From: Schmidtea polychroa
Taxonomy: Eukaryota
Assembly (NCBI GenBank): GCA_044892525.1
Contig: CM097885.1
Coordinates: forward strand, 219,418,001-219,482,000
Direction: 5' to 3'
Length of the DNA stretch: 64,000 nt
Shown: in pieces, positions 47,765 to 59,920 of the stretch
Layout: each line of letters begins with the position of its first letter
Position numbering within the stretch: the stretch's first letter is position 1
Notes under the pieces: generated by a model
Told to the model about the DNA's origin: nothing
Seen by the model: only the letters and a program-made list of their open reading frames with translations
Databases searched by the model: none
Made by a program: the position numbers and the translations under genes

Positions 47765-49622
47765 CCTAAATTATACAAATGTTAAATCTAACTTAACATA
47801 TAAAATTTGTAAAAATTACATTAAGAATGAATTTTATTTAATGTTTAAAGAAGTCTTACCGTTTATCTTAGACAATTTATTCAACATGTCCTAAATTTAA
47901 TTGACCGTCTTCCATTAATTTTATGCTAAATTTGAAATTGATTAAAATATAACCGACAATTAATAGTCAGCAGCAGCCATATTGTAAAATTTAGCGATCC
48001 TAATCTAAATTCCATGGTAATGCAAAAATTTCATTGGATAACCACGAGATTTCTACTATTGACCCAGGAAGACAACAGATCATAGCTACTTACAATATAT
48101 CTTGAAGAGCTATTTTGACTCGACTATTTTGTATTGAGATATTTTGTGGGCAAGCTATTACGACGAGGCTATTTTGACGGGGTGTCATTATTCATGGTTA
48201 CAAAAGTATAGTTTGTTTTAATATTCAACTTCATAATAGCATGGGAGAGCACATTTAAATTTATTTGTCAAATCATGGTACATCTTGTCGAGTATGGAAG
48301 TGTGATTAAATCATTTGTATAAAATGGTGATAACAGAATTAGTTTCAAGCAATCTATGGCAATATACATCAGTTAGTGTTGGATGATGAGAAAGTTGGTT
48401 TTACGTATGAAATTTCTGACCAAATAGGAATGTTTGGAAATTGTGAAAGAAGAACGCCAAATTATTATCAAGAATATCTTTCAGCGGTTGAATGTGAGTA
48501 CCAGAGATGTGCATCTTGAATGAATTTGGCATAAGCAAAATGGCATCCAGGTTCGTCCCACATTTCCTTTACTCTAAGATGTGTAAAAACCTTCTCATTT
48601 TTAATGAACATGGTGACTAATTCTTCAGAAATATCATTACTGTGGATGAAACCTCTTTATTCTGTATGGTCCCTAGACAAAGCGTGAAACTAGCAATTGT
48701 CACCGAAAATCATTGATATTGACAATATTTTGGGAACAAAGTGGCATAATCTTAACGGATTTCGCTAAAAAAATCTGCTAATTTGTTTAAAAAAGAAAAG
48801 TTGGAAATTCTATATAAAAAGTTCAACACCGTGTTACTAACCTTTCAAATATAAATATTTCAACTAATATTTCAATTCTAATAGTTATTCTAATACTTAA
48901 ATAATTACCAAATAAATATATTGTATAAATATAAAATTCTATGATAGATACAAATTTACCTCATTAAGTCTAACAAAAAAATAATAACGTTAAAAAATAA
49001 TTTGAAAGACAAGTCTCACATATTTATTGACATCACAGCTAAACCGTACGAAAAGTATACATAATCGTACAATATCATATGCACATTGTAAATCATATAA
49101 ATCGTCTTTCTTCGCTTAGCCAGATACGTTTTTACAAACATTGAAACAAAGTAACAAATACGTACTGATTTAGAATGTTATTTTTTATTGCACCATTATA
49201 AAAATATGACTTGTCCTTATACAGTAATATTGTTTTTAAGTGAATAAAGTATCATATTTATATTTCTCTAAACCTCACATTTTTAACATCAGTACAATAA
49301 AGATTTTGGAGCCTTGGTCGATGCTTACTTCGTCTCTATATTTACACTGGTCTGATTGTGCAATAATTGACAATTTTAATTTGATTCTTATATATTTGCA
49401 TTTCCTCTTGAATATTTCATTCCGGTCGCTGTTTAATTTACAATAATTTAACATTCTTTTAACATGATTTTTTAAAATATATTTTTTTATAATATTTTAT
49501 GTATTTATCACATTTTTGTGTTTTCTATTTTTTAACCTGTTAAGCTTTACCTGACTTATATGAGGTTTCCATTAAAATGCTGCACTAAACATCTTATCGA
49601 CCTCATGAACTACTGCTAATTC

Positions 49623-49945
49623 CGGGTCACCTCATAGAATCGACTTTTAGTACATCGATTTTTAAAACATCGAGTTGGCTAATAATTACATGCCTAATTT
49701 AGATAATTAAAACAGACACAAATTGATAAAAATTTTCTTCATATTTAATTTAATTTTAATTTGTAGATGTTTTAAAACTCGATGTTTTAGAAGTTTTAAA
49801 AGTAGATTTTATTGACAATCGATGTATTTGTTGTTGATGTTTTGGACTCGATGTTTTAGACAGTAGATGTTTTCGCCAATAGATGAATTAGAAGTTGATT
49901 ATTTTGTTGTTGATTATCTAGAAGTCGATGTTTTGGGGGCGCGCC
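49623..49945. mobile_element. Mutator-like MITE, 323 bp
   Basis: 9-bp TSD TGCTAATTC (49614-49622, 49946-49954); imperfect TIRs built from AAAACATCGA/TCGATGTTTT repeats. Confidence 0.7.
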
Positions 49946-51039
49946 TGCTAATTCATACATACCCTATTCTGAGTCTCATATGAAGTTTTAGTTTTTCGAT
50001 TATTTTTAAGTTGTCATTTGACATTTGGGGCAGCATTTAAATCAGGGGAGAGCAACCCGAGACCCGCCTTGAACATTTTTCCGGCCCACGAGATTCATCA
50101 TACCTTTGCAAAATATATTTATTTTATTATTATAAGAACTTTTTTCAAATAGCATATGAAATTTACTATATTTAGATAAATACTTATTATAGTAATTTAT
50201 GTATATATATATAAATAGTAATATATAATTACTAAAATTAATATTTATAATTATTAATTTAATATAAATAGGCAAATACTTTTAAAAGAAAAGGACAAAT
50301 AAATTTTCTGCTAAAATCAATTCAGATTAGTAGCAATAAAATAGTTTAAAACTGAGCTGAAATCAACAGTGATTAACCAGCAATTTTTCAGTAATTTCAG
50401 TTGTGCTTTAAATAAGCAATATCAATATCGGTTTAATTGAAGAAGTCCCATTGTTGTAAATACCAGCTGTCGCGCTTTGTGAATACTATAAAAGAGTTGA
50501 TTAAACGGAGAATTATCAGACAATTTTTGCTCAAGCAATTTTCTGCTTCGACAAAAATAATTAGAAATGTATAAGCTTGTTTGGAAAGAACATAAAATTC
50601 TTAACCATAAGGTTATTTGAATTTTATTTATTTAATTAATAAACTCAACTGCACAACCCAACCACGAGAAGCAGAATTTCTGATTGTCTTACTCGTTGGA
50701 TATAAATTTTAAGAGGGTAAATATCTAGGTAACGGTAGGTCGAGCTTGGGAATTCCCTCATCTTGTCCCATTCTTTTATACAGCGCTGTGAGGCATTAGT
50801 TCCAGCGTTTGTGCTTTATCTGAGGACGGTTCGAACCGATTTCTTTGCTTAATTCGTATCATCTTATTTAAAACCGTCTTATTCGAAACTAACCGTGTTA
50901 TTTGAAACTTGATATAATAAAAATATAAAGGTTGGAAATCAGCAGAAGTTCTATTACACATTTTTATATGTTACGCGTATCACAAAAATAACATAAAAAT
51001 AACAATTCATTATAAAAAATAGAAATAACAATTAATGAA

Positions 51040-52030
51040 CATTAGCTATAAACGAATATATTATTTATTAAATTATAAACGCAACGTTTCATTTAGTATA
51101 ATTAATCGCTGTCATCATCCAAACGTTGTATTCTTTTTCTTTTAGACATTTTTTTTACCTCTGGAACAAAACAAATCTCAAACCAAGCCTTAAAAATGCT
51201 TGATGTCATCCAATCCTTATTGTTCGCTCGCCAATAAACTGGAAGTTCGGATTTAATAACATCTTTCATTGGTTGACGATTGAGAGATCGATTAATGACA
51301 AGTGGCTTTAGCATAAAGTTACCTGACGCATTGCTACACATTAGGACAGTTATTCTTTATTTAGCTGTTTTGAAACCAGAGACAATTTTATGAGATTTAG
51401 ATATAAATGTTCTAGACGGTAATTTTTTCCAATATAGTCCCGTTTCATCGGTATTAAAAATTTGGTCCCCACATATCCTCCATCGTCTGTAGCTTTTAAC
51501 AGGCCTAGAAGAAAATTAGTGGCACCCTCTTCATCGGCGGATGCACACTCACCATGCAATTTCAGATTATGCAATAAATGCCTTTTCATGAAATTTTCTA
51601 CCCATCCCTTAATTGCTGTAAATGAATGTCATTGCTGTTGCGCTGAAGAGTCAATTATTTCTTTTAAACGTCCATATATTTTAAGTGCTTTTTATTTGAT
51701 TGTACGACCATCTAAAGGAATTTTTTGTGCAGTCTTCTATCCAAATTATAAGGGCTTCTTCCATTTTTACCATATCAATATCACAAGCACAATCAGAACT
51801 TTTTGAAATTGAGGAAGCTCCTGCAGAAACATTATTCCTGATTTTTCCTCATTTCTTTTGATCCCCCGAATAGTAGCTTCATTTAAATTTGATGATTTCG
51901 CTATGGACGATATCTTTTCTCTTCCGTTTATCTGTTCTAAAATTAATATTTTTTTCTGAAGGTTAATCGAGTTCCTCTTAAAAGGTAATCTTTTCTGTAA
52001 ATTCATTTCTAAGGGCAAAACAGCAATATT
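51040..52030 (-). pseudogene. Degenerate Tigger transposase
   Basis: CENP-B-like HTH (KKILILEQI..KISSIAKSSNLNEATIRGIK), LKLHGECASADEE, IFNTDETGLYWK-like segment, CSNASG..LKPLVI, WRAN.K.WMT; several frameshifts. Confidence 0.8.
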
Positions 52031-54859
52031 CATGTACGATAATAAGTAAATTTAAATATCTAAATATACTCTTACCTAAAAAACAAATACGCAGGTCAAT
52101 TATCATTATTATTATATGATCTATATTAATATGTAAGAATAATAATAACTCATTATGTTTCAATTTTTCACTCCAAAAAATGTCTATAGACTATAGTATA
52201 TCTAAATCTAATATGGGGATATATAATTGTGTATGTAGCCTGCGGAGTTATGATGCATTTCCAAAGTGGCCTACAAGATCATTTTGGTTGACCGTCCCTG
52301 ATTTAAAAGAAACATCATATGAGATAGGTACTGCTTAACCGGTTAAAGAGTTTATTATCAATATTTTTTATTTAAACAAAAATATTATTTATTATTTAAA
52401 TAATTTATTTAAATATTATTATTTTATTATTTAAAATAGAATTCAGTTCCATACGTGTTGGATCAACGGTAGGTCGCTGGTATTTAAAAATTCAGAATTA
52501 GATAAATCTAAAGGTTTGTTTAAAATATAAAATTTTTATTAATTTACAATTCAGACTACTCGTCGCCATACCCAGAAGATGTTGAATTGTTATTTAAACC
52601 AAATCCTGGAATTGTTAAAGGTAAAATAATTCAAGTACGATGTCTCTATAATTGTTGTAAAGTGTATATTTTTTATTTTAATATTACTAATTATATTTCT
52701 AAATTTTTGGACAATACAAAGTATTTGAACCAAGCTTCCGAATGACAGATTCAGTAATATACAACGGCAGACAAAAGTTTAGCAGCACATATTCCAATAT
52801 AGAAATGTATTAAATAACAGATAACAATCAATTTAAAAGTTAATAAATATATTAAAAAGGTTATTAGAACTTAGTATGTGATCCTTTAACCTTGATGACA
52901 GCAGTAATCCTTGCTGGCATAGAACGTAAATTATTTAAAAACATATTTCGTTAATTTTCATTTTTTCAAACTATAGATTATTTTTAAACAGATATTGTGA
53001 AAAATTAAAGGTGAAATATAAAAGATTTTATTGATTTTGCATATTTTTTGTAAATTTTGTAGCAGTTTCAAACTTTTTTCTGACAAAGTGATTATGAAAG
53101 ACATGAATGAAAATATTTTATTAATAATTTTTTTGCACTTTCTTATCACATGGAAATATAATCAATAAAATAAAAAATAAATAAGAAATTGTGTTAATTG
53201 CCGTCAGGTGATCAAATTATTATTGTTGGGTTATTGAGTTGGTGATAATTTTAAATGTTACTCTGACTCCAAGCGTGTCTTTATACGATTCACAAATAAC
53301 ACTTGACAACAGAAATCTTTATTGATAATCACAAATAAACTTTCTCTTTACACTGACAATAAATTCAACCTCTGCTCGTTGACTATACAATGCTTATTGC
53401 AACACTCGGTGAGGAATAGCACTTTTGTATAACACCGGATTAAAAGATCACAAATTACTGATTGGTTTCTAAACTGGGATTTTGAGCTGGTTGTTTTCTT
53501 TGACTTTCTCCCAAACTTTATTCAAATAATCAATAACTTCTTTTCGTTTTATTATTCAACTAATTCTTTTCTTCAATTCTTCTCCAATAATTATTTTCCA
53601 CAATTATTTCCTTTACAATTATTTTTGACAATCGTTTGTCCAACAACGTTTCGTCCAACGTCTAATTTTCTTCAATAATTTTATCTCTCAAATCGTATCT
53701 CAAATTGTCTCTCAAATCGTCTTCCAAATCGTTTTCAATTTCGCGTCACTTTGTCTCTAATTTTTCTTCTCTCTTTGTTCTCCTTTCATATTCACCAGTT
53801 TTCCCTTATATAGTTCGCTTCTCATGTGGCACTCCAGATAATCAAGTGTTTTTCCATTTTCCTTCTCCTGCTTTTCCCGACTGTCCCATTTTTATCTCTG
53901 ACAGCTGTCAAATTGTTTTCCCTTTTTTGTTTGACCGCCTTCTCCCATCAATTCTATTATCACTGGCAAGCTGTCGAGATAAGGAGTTTTCCTTTTTTCC
54001 CCGATTTCAAAATTCCTTTTCCTTTCTGTACTAATTAATTAGTACTGACCTTGATTTTTATTTTCCTGTTTGATAACTTTTATTTCCTTTCTCTTTCTCA
54101 TTTTTAATTTCTTTTCACTTCCTTTTTCTTTTCTGAGTTTCTATAGATCGTCCCGTTTGTCATGGCGATCTTCCCCCAGGTCATTTTATTTATTTCTTTA
54201 TAAATTGTTATTTAGGTATCCTCAACATTATTGTATTTTGTTCGTCTATACTTTCCATTACTAATATTTACTCATCCGGGGCTCAAAAAATAACTTGTTA
54301 ATAAATTAAAAAAAAACGAAAAAAAATCTTTACATAAATTCAATGCGAATAAAAGGTACATAAATTGCTAGTTACTGGCAACCAAAATAACCAGAGATAA
54401 ATACCCAAGATTTTCATTTTCTTTCCAACAAAATCAGAAAGTCGATAAAAAAAGGTTTTGATAAACTCTGACAAACAATACAAGTTACTCACTGGCAAAC
54501 AAAAGCAAATGTCTTGACAAGCCTATGGACAATAAAATGTATTGTTGTCCAGAAAATTATTAATGCCAAAGGTTAAAAAAATCATCATATTTATAGGCTT
54601 TTTAGTGAACACAATTTAGAATAATTAGAATTTTTAATTATGGATATCAATAATGCTTTTGGTATTAGTCTCTTCAATGTATGTGGCGTTGCACCTTTTA
54701 CATCTAAGTTTAAAACAAAGAAATACAATTTTATAAAGGAAAATACGAACGAGAAAACAGAAACGCAAACGTGAAGACAAAAAGAATTACTAAATTATTG
54801 GAGAAAACGTTGTCAGACCAGAAGAGAAATTTAAACAAATTATAAAAGTTATTAATCTC

Positions 54860-55902
54860 TAGAGTTTGGCGAGTCGATTAACCGAAAACCGTCGGTTTTT
54901 AACCCATGTTTGCGGTTTATTCTTACTTTTCCTTATTTTTTGATATTTTAAAGTACTAAATAAATTTTTTCGGCAAGAAAACTTCTTATCAATGGAAAAT
55001 AGGAATATTAAATTTTAAAATTTAAATCATTAATTATTAAAATGTTTACAGTTTAATAATGTCGTCAGCAAATTTATGGAAATATGTACTAAAAAAGAAA
55101 AAATCCACGTAGTCACGGATCTACAATTTCGTTGAAAACCCATATTTTTAGACATGGTATAAAAGTAGATTCTGAAGCATCAAACGACTATATGGGACCA
55201 TCAACATCAAAGAAAGTCAATACTTGGCAGTTATTTTAAATTAGTTATTGTAAATGAACGAGTATCGGATATGGCTGGAAACAAAACTATTCGTAAATTA
55301 ATGTAAGAAGGTGGCAAAAAAACTGCTGACTTGTGAAAGAGATGCGATGAGACTAATTTATGAAGACTGAAGATAAAAAGTTGGTAGTAATTAAAGATAT
55401 TATAAAGAGAGTTGAGAATGGTGAAAAATGTAGCTGCACGTTAGATGAGTACTTAAATGTCAGACGAAGAGGATAAATCGTAATTAAACTGCACTGTCGT
55501 AACAAGAAAAAGATTTACAATAAAAAATAAAAGATTGACAATTAAAACAACGTCCACTGATGTGCAGCGTGTTTTTTTTCAAACACAACCAATTTTTGTA
55601 CTCGTCTTCGCTCTCACCTCTCAGATAAACCATTGAATATTTTTTTGAAAGTGTTTAATGGGAAAATGTTGATTATCTTAAGTTTTCAAGTTCTCATTTT
55701 TTACCGTTAAATACAGAATAGAATTGAAGCAAATGCAAATGAATTGGAATCATTGGAAGTTTATTTTATGCTCTTTTCATACTTATAATATCTTAATGTC
55801 TTTAGATCGTTTAATTTGCATTTAATATATTAAAAAATAGACAAAATCTTCTAAAAACCGAAAATCGCGGTTTTCTAAAAGACCGGTTTTTCCAAAACTC
55901 TA
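54860..55902 (+). mobile_element. Internally deleted TAGAG-ended hAT element
   Basis: TIR TAGAGTTTGG/CCAAAACTCTA, AAAACCG subterminal motifs, eroded TSD TTAATCTC/ATAATCGC (6/8), and a remnant IKTTSTDVQRVF. Confidence 0.7.
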
Positions 55903-57221
55903 ATAATCGCGAGCAACAAAATCAATTCAATCGATCGTCGAAACTAGAAATAGTAGTTAAGTTGTGAATTCTGAGTTTTGTTACAAATGTACTATTCCTC
56001 CCGAAGGGTAATTTTGAATTATTGGTGTCAGTAATAAATCGATAATCAATTGTGTTGATCAGTAAAAGTTTATATTGTCAGCAATTCGTTATTGTTGATT
56101 TCATATTTCATCGACACCCCAACTTATTCAATGAATTGAAAACATCTTACTTTGCGGAAAATTATATTTTTGACAAATTCAATAAAATATTTTTATGAAT
56201 TTATTAAAATTAAAAACCATTTAAATACCAAGACGGATATAATTTTTTTTGTTATTAGAAATTAGACATTTCGTTCTTATATTCCATATATCCTTGACTT
56301 ACCATTATTATGCTCAAATGGTTCTCTTTCGATGAGCCTAATCGTTTTACAAAAAATATTTATAGATAAGTTAGGATTTATTTTAATAAAAAATTCTGCA
56401 TTCATAAAGTACGGTTTCCACCCTGTTGTATTGAAATACTCGCTAAACTCTAGAAAATATGATTTATTCTGGGAAATAAATAATAATTTAAAACTAAATG
56501 TATAATGTTATTTTTACTAATTTTACAGAACATGAAAATATGTTGCTTTCCCAGAAATATTCGATATCGGATCAAAAAATTTGCGTCATAAACATATTTG
56601 ACCAAATTAAATTATTAGATCAAACAATTCAAAGTAAGATTATTAAAGCCTCTTACGAACAATAAATGTTGTGAATTTAGAACCTGAACTTTCCTACCAA
56701 GTTGGACCTCTCAATGGTAATATTTATGCATCAATTTCAAACAGCAGAAGCTGTGAAAAGTAAATAATATCTACATATATCCAGAACATATTATTTTATA
56801 TTTTATATTATATTTTTTCAAAATGATATAAAAAATAAGTGTTGGGTTGCTACAGTTGCGTACACTTTCACCACAATAAACAATATAAGCTTTGTGATAC
56901 CCAGTGCAAATCCCAATAGTAGACTAGTTTCGAGCAAACAAGTTTCAACAAACCAGTTTTTGTTCGAAAAACCTTACATTTTTAGTTTCCTGAGATATCA
57001 TAAATGTTTGATGAACTTCTCAGTGTTGCGAATTGTTCGTAAAATTTTGACCTAGCCTTCTTTAAGAACATTAGGATGTGTGTAAAAATGAGACATTATA
57101 TACTAAGGTTTTAATAAGAAACCAATAGGAGAAGTTAAATGCAATGTTACTTAGAATCCTTCTATGGTGTAGTATATTTTCATATGTGTCATGCCAAAAA
57201 CTTTATCAGCACTATATATAT

Positions 57222-59046
57222 CAAGGGTGGGCACGCATGGGTTCAATAAGAGCCATTTTCCGAAAATTTATTTTTTACAGAGCCACCATAGTAAAGTACA
57301 TATTTTTTTTTATTTCATTAATTTGATTAAAGAGACTTAAACGCTATTAAAAAAAAACAAAATAATTATTTCAAACATTAAGTAACAAACATAAAAATCC
57401 ATTAATAAAAAGTAATAAAATTTCTTGAATTAACGAAGACTTTTGGTCAAATCTTTGAAATTTGGTGTATACTTTGTTAAAGCTGTTCGCAGCAATTCTG
57501 TAAGATGCTGATTGGTCAACTGTGAACGATATTTCGACTTTACGAACTTCATTGTGGAGTACAAAGATTCACAACAATATGTTGTACCAAAAATTGAAAT
57601 TAGACGGCAAGCAGCTTGTTTTAAGTGTGGATATTTTGCCTCTGGTACGAGTTTCCAAAATTCAACTATAGAAGTAGATTTATGGTGCATTTGCAAAGCC
57701 TGGTCCTCTTTCATATCTAATAACTCCAATTCCCCAACCGCTTTTTTAACAAGTATTACTTCAGAAATTGGAAATCCATCTTCAATAATATCACAAATAA
57801 ATGGGTTCACAAAAAATGCAAATGTAGATTTATAACTTTTCAAATCTTCAAACCTACATTTGAAATCCGCTTGCAATTTTTCCAATTTTTCACTGTATTC
57901 GTTTACTTTTTCTTCTGTAATATCAATTATATTAGCTTTTATTCGTGGAAAATGATTAAATATTTTCGACCTAAGATCGTTCACAAAAAGCCGAAGTTTA
58001 GCTTCAAAACTAAATAACGTTTGTGACAAATCAATAATTATCTTTTCTTTTCCTTGTAAAGCCAAATTTAATGTTTGCAAATGTTCCATAATGTCTGTAA
58101 GGAACATTAAGTCAGAAAGCCAAGTTTCATTTTCTAATTCTGGGTATGCTATTCCGTTTTCTTTGGTAAATATTATGATAGGATTTAGGAGTTCCACAAA
58201 ACGGTTCAAAACATTGTAAGTTGACAGCCATCTAACAATACACCATAAGGAGACATCATTAGGCAAATCATCTGTTTCGTCATTTAATCTTAATTCTTCC
58301 AAAAAGTTTTTAAATTGACGATGTGTTTTGGCATTTGTTCTAATTAAATTCACAATCTTCAAAACAATCTTCCACACATTTTCGTATTTAAAGTACTTCG
58401 CTATGAGATGCTCGCGATGAATTATGCAGTGAAGAGATAAAAAGTGAGGAATATTAGGATCTCTGTTTAAAAGACCAATGAGACCTTGATTTTTCCCCAT
58501 CATTGCAGGCGCTCCGTCTGTCGCAACACTTACAAGTTTGTCACGAGCCAATTCGAACCTGTCCATAACTACATCAAGCGCAGTTTTGACATCGATACCG
58601 CGAGTTGTTTCGAGAAGAGCTACTAGGTCTAACATTTCTTCCTTCACTTTTACGTCAGAAGATACAAAGCGGACAAAAACGGCTAATTGTGGAACATCCT
58701 GAATGTCAGTAGACTCGTCGAGAGCTAAACTGAATGCTGTACAATTTTTTAAATCACACATCAAATTATTTTCAACATTTTCGCTAATTTGGCCAATTCG
58801 ACGCTCAGTTGTACGACGTGAAATAGGAAAGCGCCGCCTACTACAAAATAATTTTAAAAAGCAGTAAAATGTGAAAAACAATGTTTCGTTAATTTTTGAC
58901 ATTTATGAAAATACAATTGCAACAAAAAATTTTTTCTCAAAACATTTAGTGAAAAATTTCAAAATAAAAAATCGAATTCGATTATCAAGAATTCAATTAT
59001 CAATGAGCCGCAGTTTACTCAACGAAGAGCCGCATTTGCCCACCGT

Positions 59047-59048
<2 letters not shown>
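57222..59048 (-). mobile_element. Buster/SPIN-type hAT element (GTF2IRD2/EPM2AIP1-like transposase), 1827 bp
   Basis: TIR CAA(G/C)GGTGGGCA, ATATATAT TSD, GAGCCGCA subterminal repeats. Confidence 0.92.
57430..58902 (-). CDS. Open 490-codon transposase catalytic core lacking the N-terminal DNA-binding region
   Basis: ISRRTTERRI, FSLALDESTD, TDGAPAM, HCIIHRE, VRWLS, FGTTYCCESLYS. Starts at TTG, and homology begins ~25 codons in. Confidence 0.85.
   Translation of the reverse strand: MSKINETLFFTFYCFLKLFCSRRRFPISRRTTERRIGQISENVENNLMCDLKNCTAFSLALDESTDIQDVPQLAVFVRFVSSDVKVKEEMLDLVALLETTRGIDVKTALDVVMDRFELARDKLVSVATDGAPAMMGKNQGLIGLLNRDPNIPHFLSLHCIIHREHLIAKYFKYENVWKIVLKIVNLIRTNAKTHRQFKNFLEELRLNDETDDLPNDVSLWCIVRWLSTYNVLNRFVELLNPIIIFTKENGIAYPELENETWLSDLMFLTDIMEHLQTLNLALQGKEKIIIDLSQTLFSFEAKLRLFVNDLRSKIFNHFPRIKANIIDITEEKVNEYSEKLEKLQADFKCRFEDLKSYKSTFAFFVNPFICDIIEDGFPISEVILVKKAVGELELLDMKEDQALQMHHKSTSIVEFWKLVPEAKYPHLKQAACRLISIFGTTYCCESLYSTMKFVKSKYRSQLTNQHLTELLRTALTKYTPNFKDLTKSLR

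Positions 59049-59112
<64 letters not shown>
59049..59112. repeat. (AT)32 microsatellite at the right TSD of the Buster element
   Basis: Read directly from the sequence. Confidence 0.98.
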
Positions 59113-59116
<4 letters not shown>

Positions 59117-59920
59117 TGTTTCTTTAATTTTTATATAGAGAACAAATGGATGATAATATTCTAGATTTAAAACGGCAAGGAGACAATTCAAAAAGTAAGC
59201 TAATGAATACATTGTATTGTTGATAAATTGGTTTCCTCTGTAGTATTGCGGACATTTAATTTGTTGGAAAATGAGATATCAAGTGCCGTTGAACTCTTAA
59301 CAAGTGATGAAAAAGTGTGCCCAAGGTTGTTAACGGAAAATCGGATGAAAAGCACAAGAGTTTACGAGAATGAAAGTATACGAACAAATTTAAAGGAAGA
59401 ACTGCATAAAGAATCAAATAATAAAGTTACTTCGTATATCTTGAGTTAAAAATTATTAAAAATTTAGGTAATCATTAATAAAGAATTAAATCAAGTCAAA
59501 GATTTCATAAAAATCACCTCAAATAATAATATCGAATTTAATAAACTTGATGATCGAAAACATCAGGAAAAAATGAAAAGTTTAAAGAATATTTCTCCAT
59601 ATGATAACCTGAACATTCAAATGAAGCATTCAGATGATTTGAAAAATTCATGTATTTCGGAAGGTATAAAAATTTTATTTTTAAATAAAATATGCCAAAA
59701 ACCTTTCTGTAGAAGTGAAATATCCCTTGATTGTAAATTCAAAAGCCTAAACAAATCTACAACATGATTGAATACAAAATTAATGAAAAAGGCACACAGA
59801 TTATCACTGACAACAAAATCATTCGCCGATTACCCAAAAATTTGGCGGAAACTTTCTGTTGGAAGTTGTTTTTATAGGCTGCTTTTTTCGATACATTTGA
59901 TGATACATGTCCATCTGGGT

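Noticed and set aside
49640-49935. Spaced TCGATGTTTT repeats resembling a CRISPR array
   Set aside because: The repeats are ~10 bp with irregular spacing, lie within a MITE with a 9-bp TSD, and there are no cas genes in this eukaryotic context.
50815-50850. CTGAGGA-CGGTTCGAACCG as a possible hammerhead core
   Set aside because: The stem is followed by ATTTC rather than GAAA, so the conserved core is incomplete on both strands.
53700-54260. Phe/Ser-rich plus-strand ORFs
   Set aside because: Pyrimidine-rich strand bias, probably the antisense of a decayed retroelement; no diagnostic motif was recovered on either strand.
59015-59212. ORFs with IYIYIY runs (58871-59164 and 59015-59212)
   Set aside because: These are translations of the (AT)32 microsatellite.
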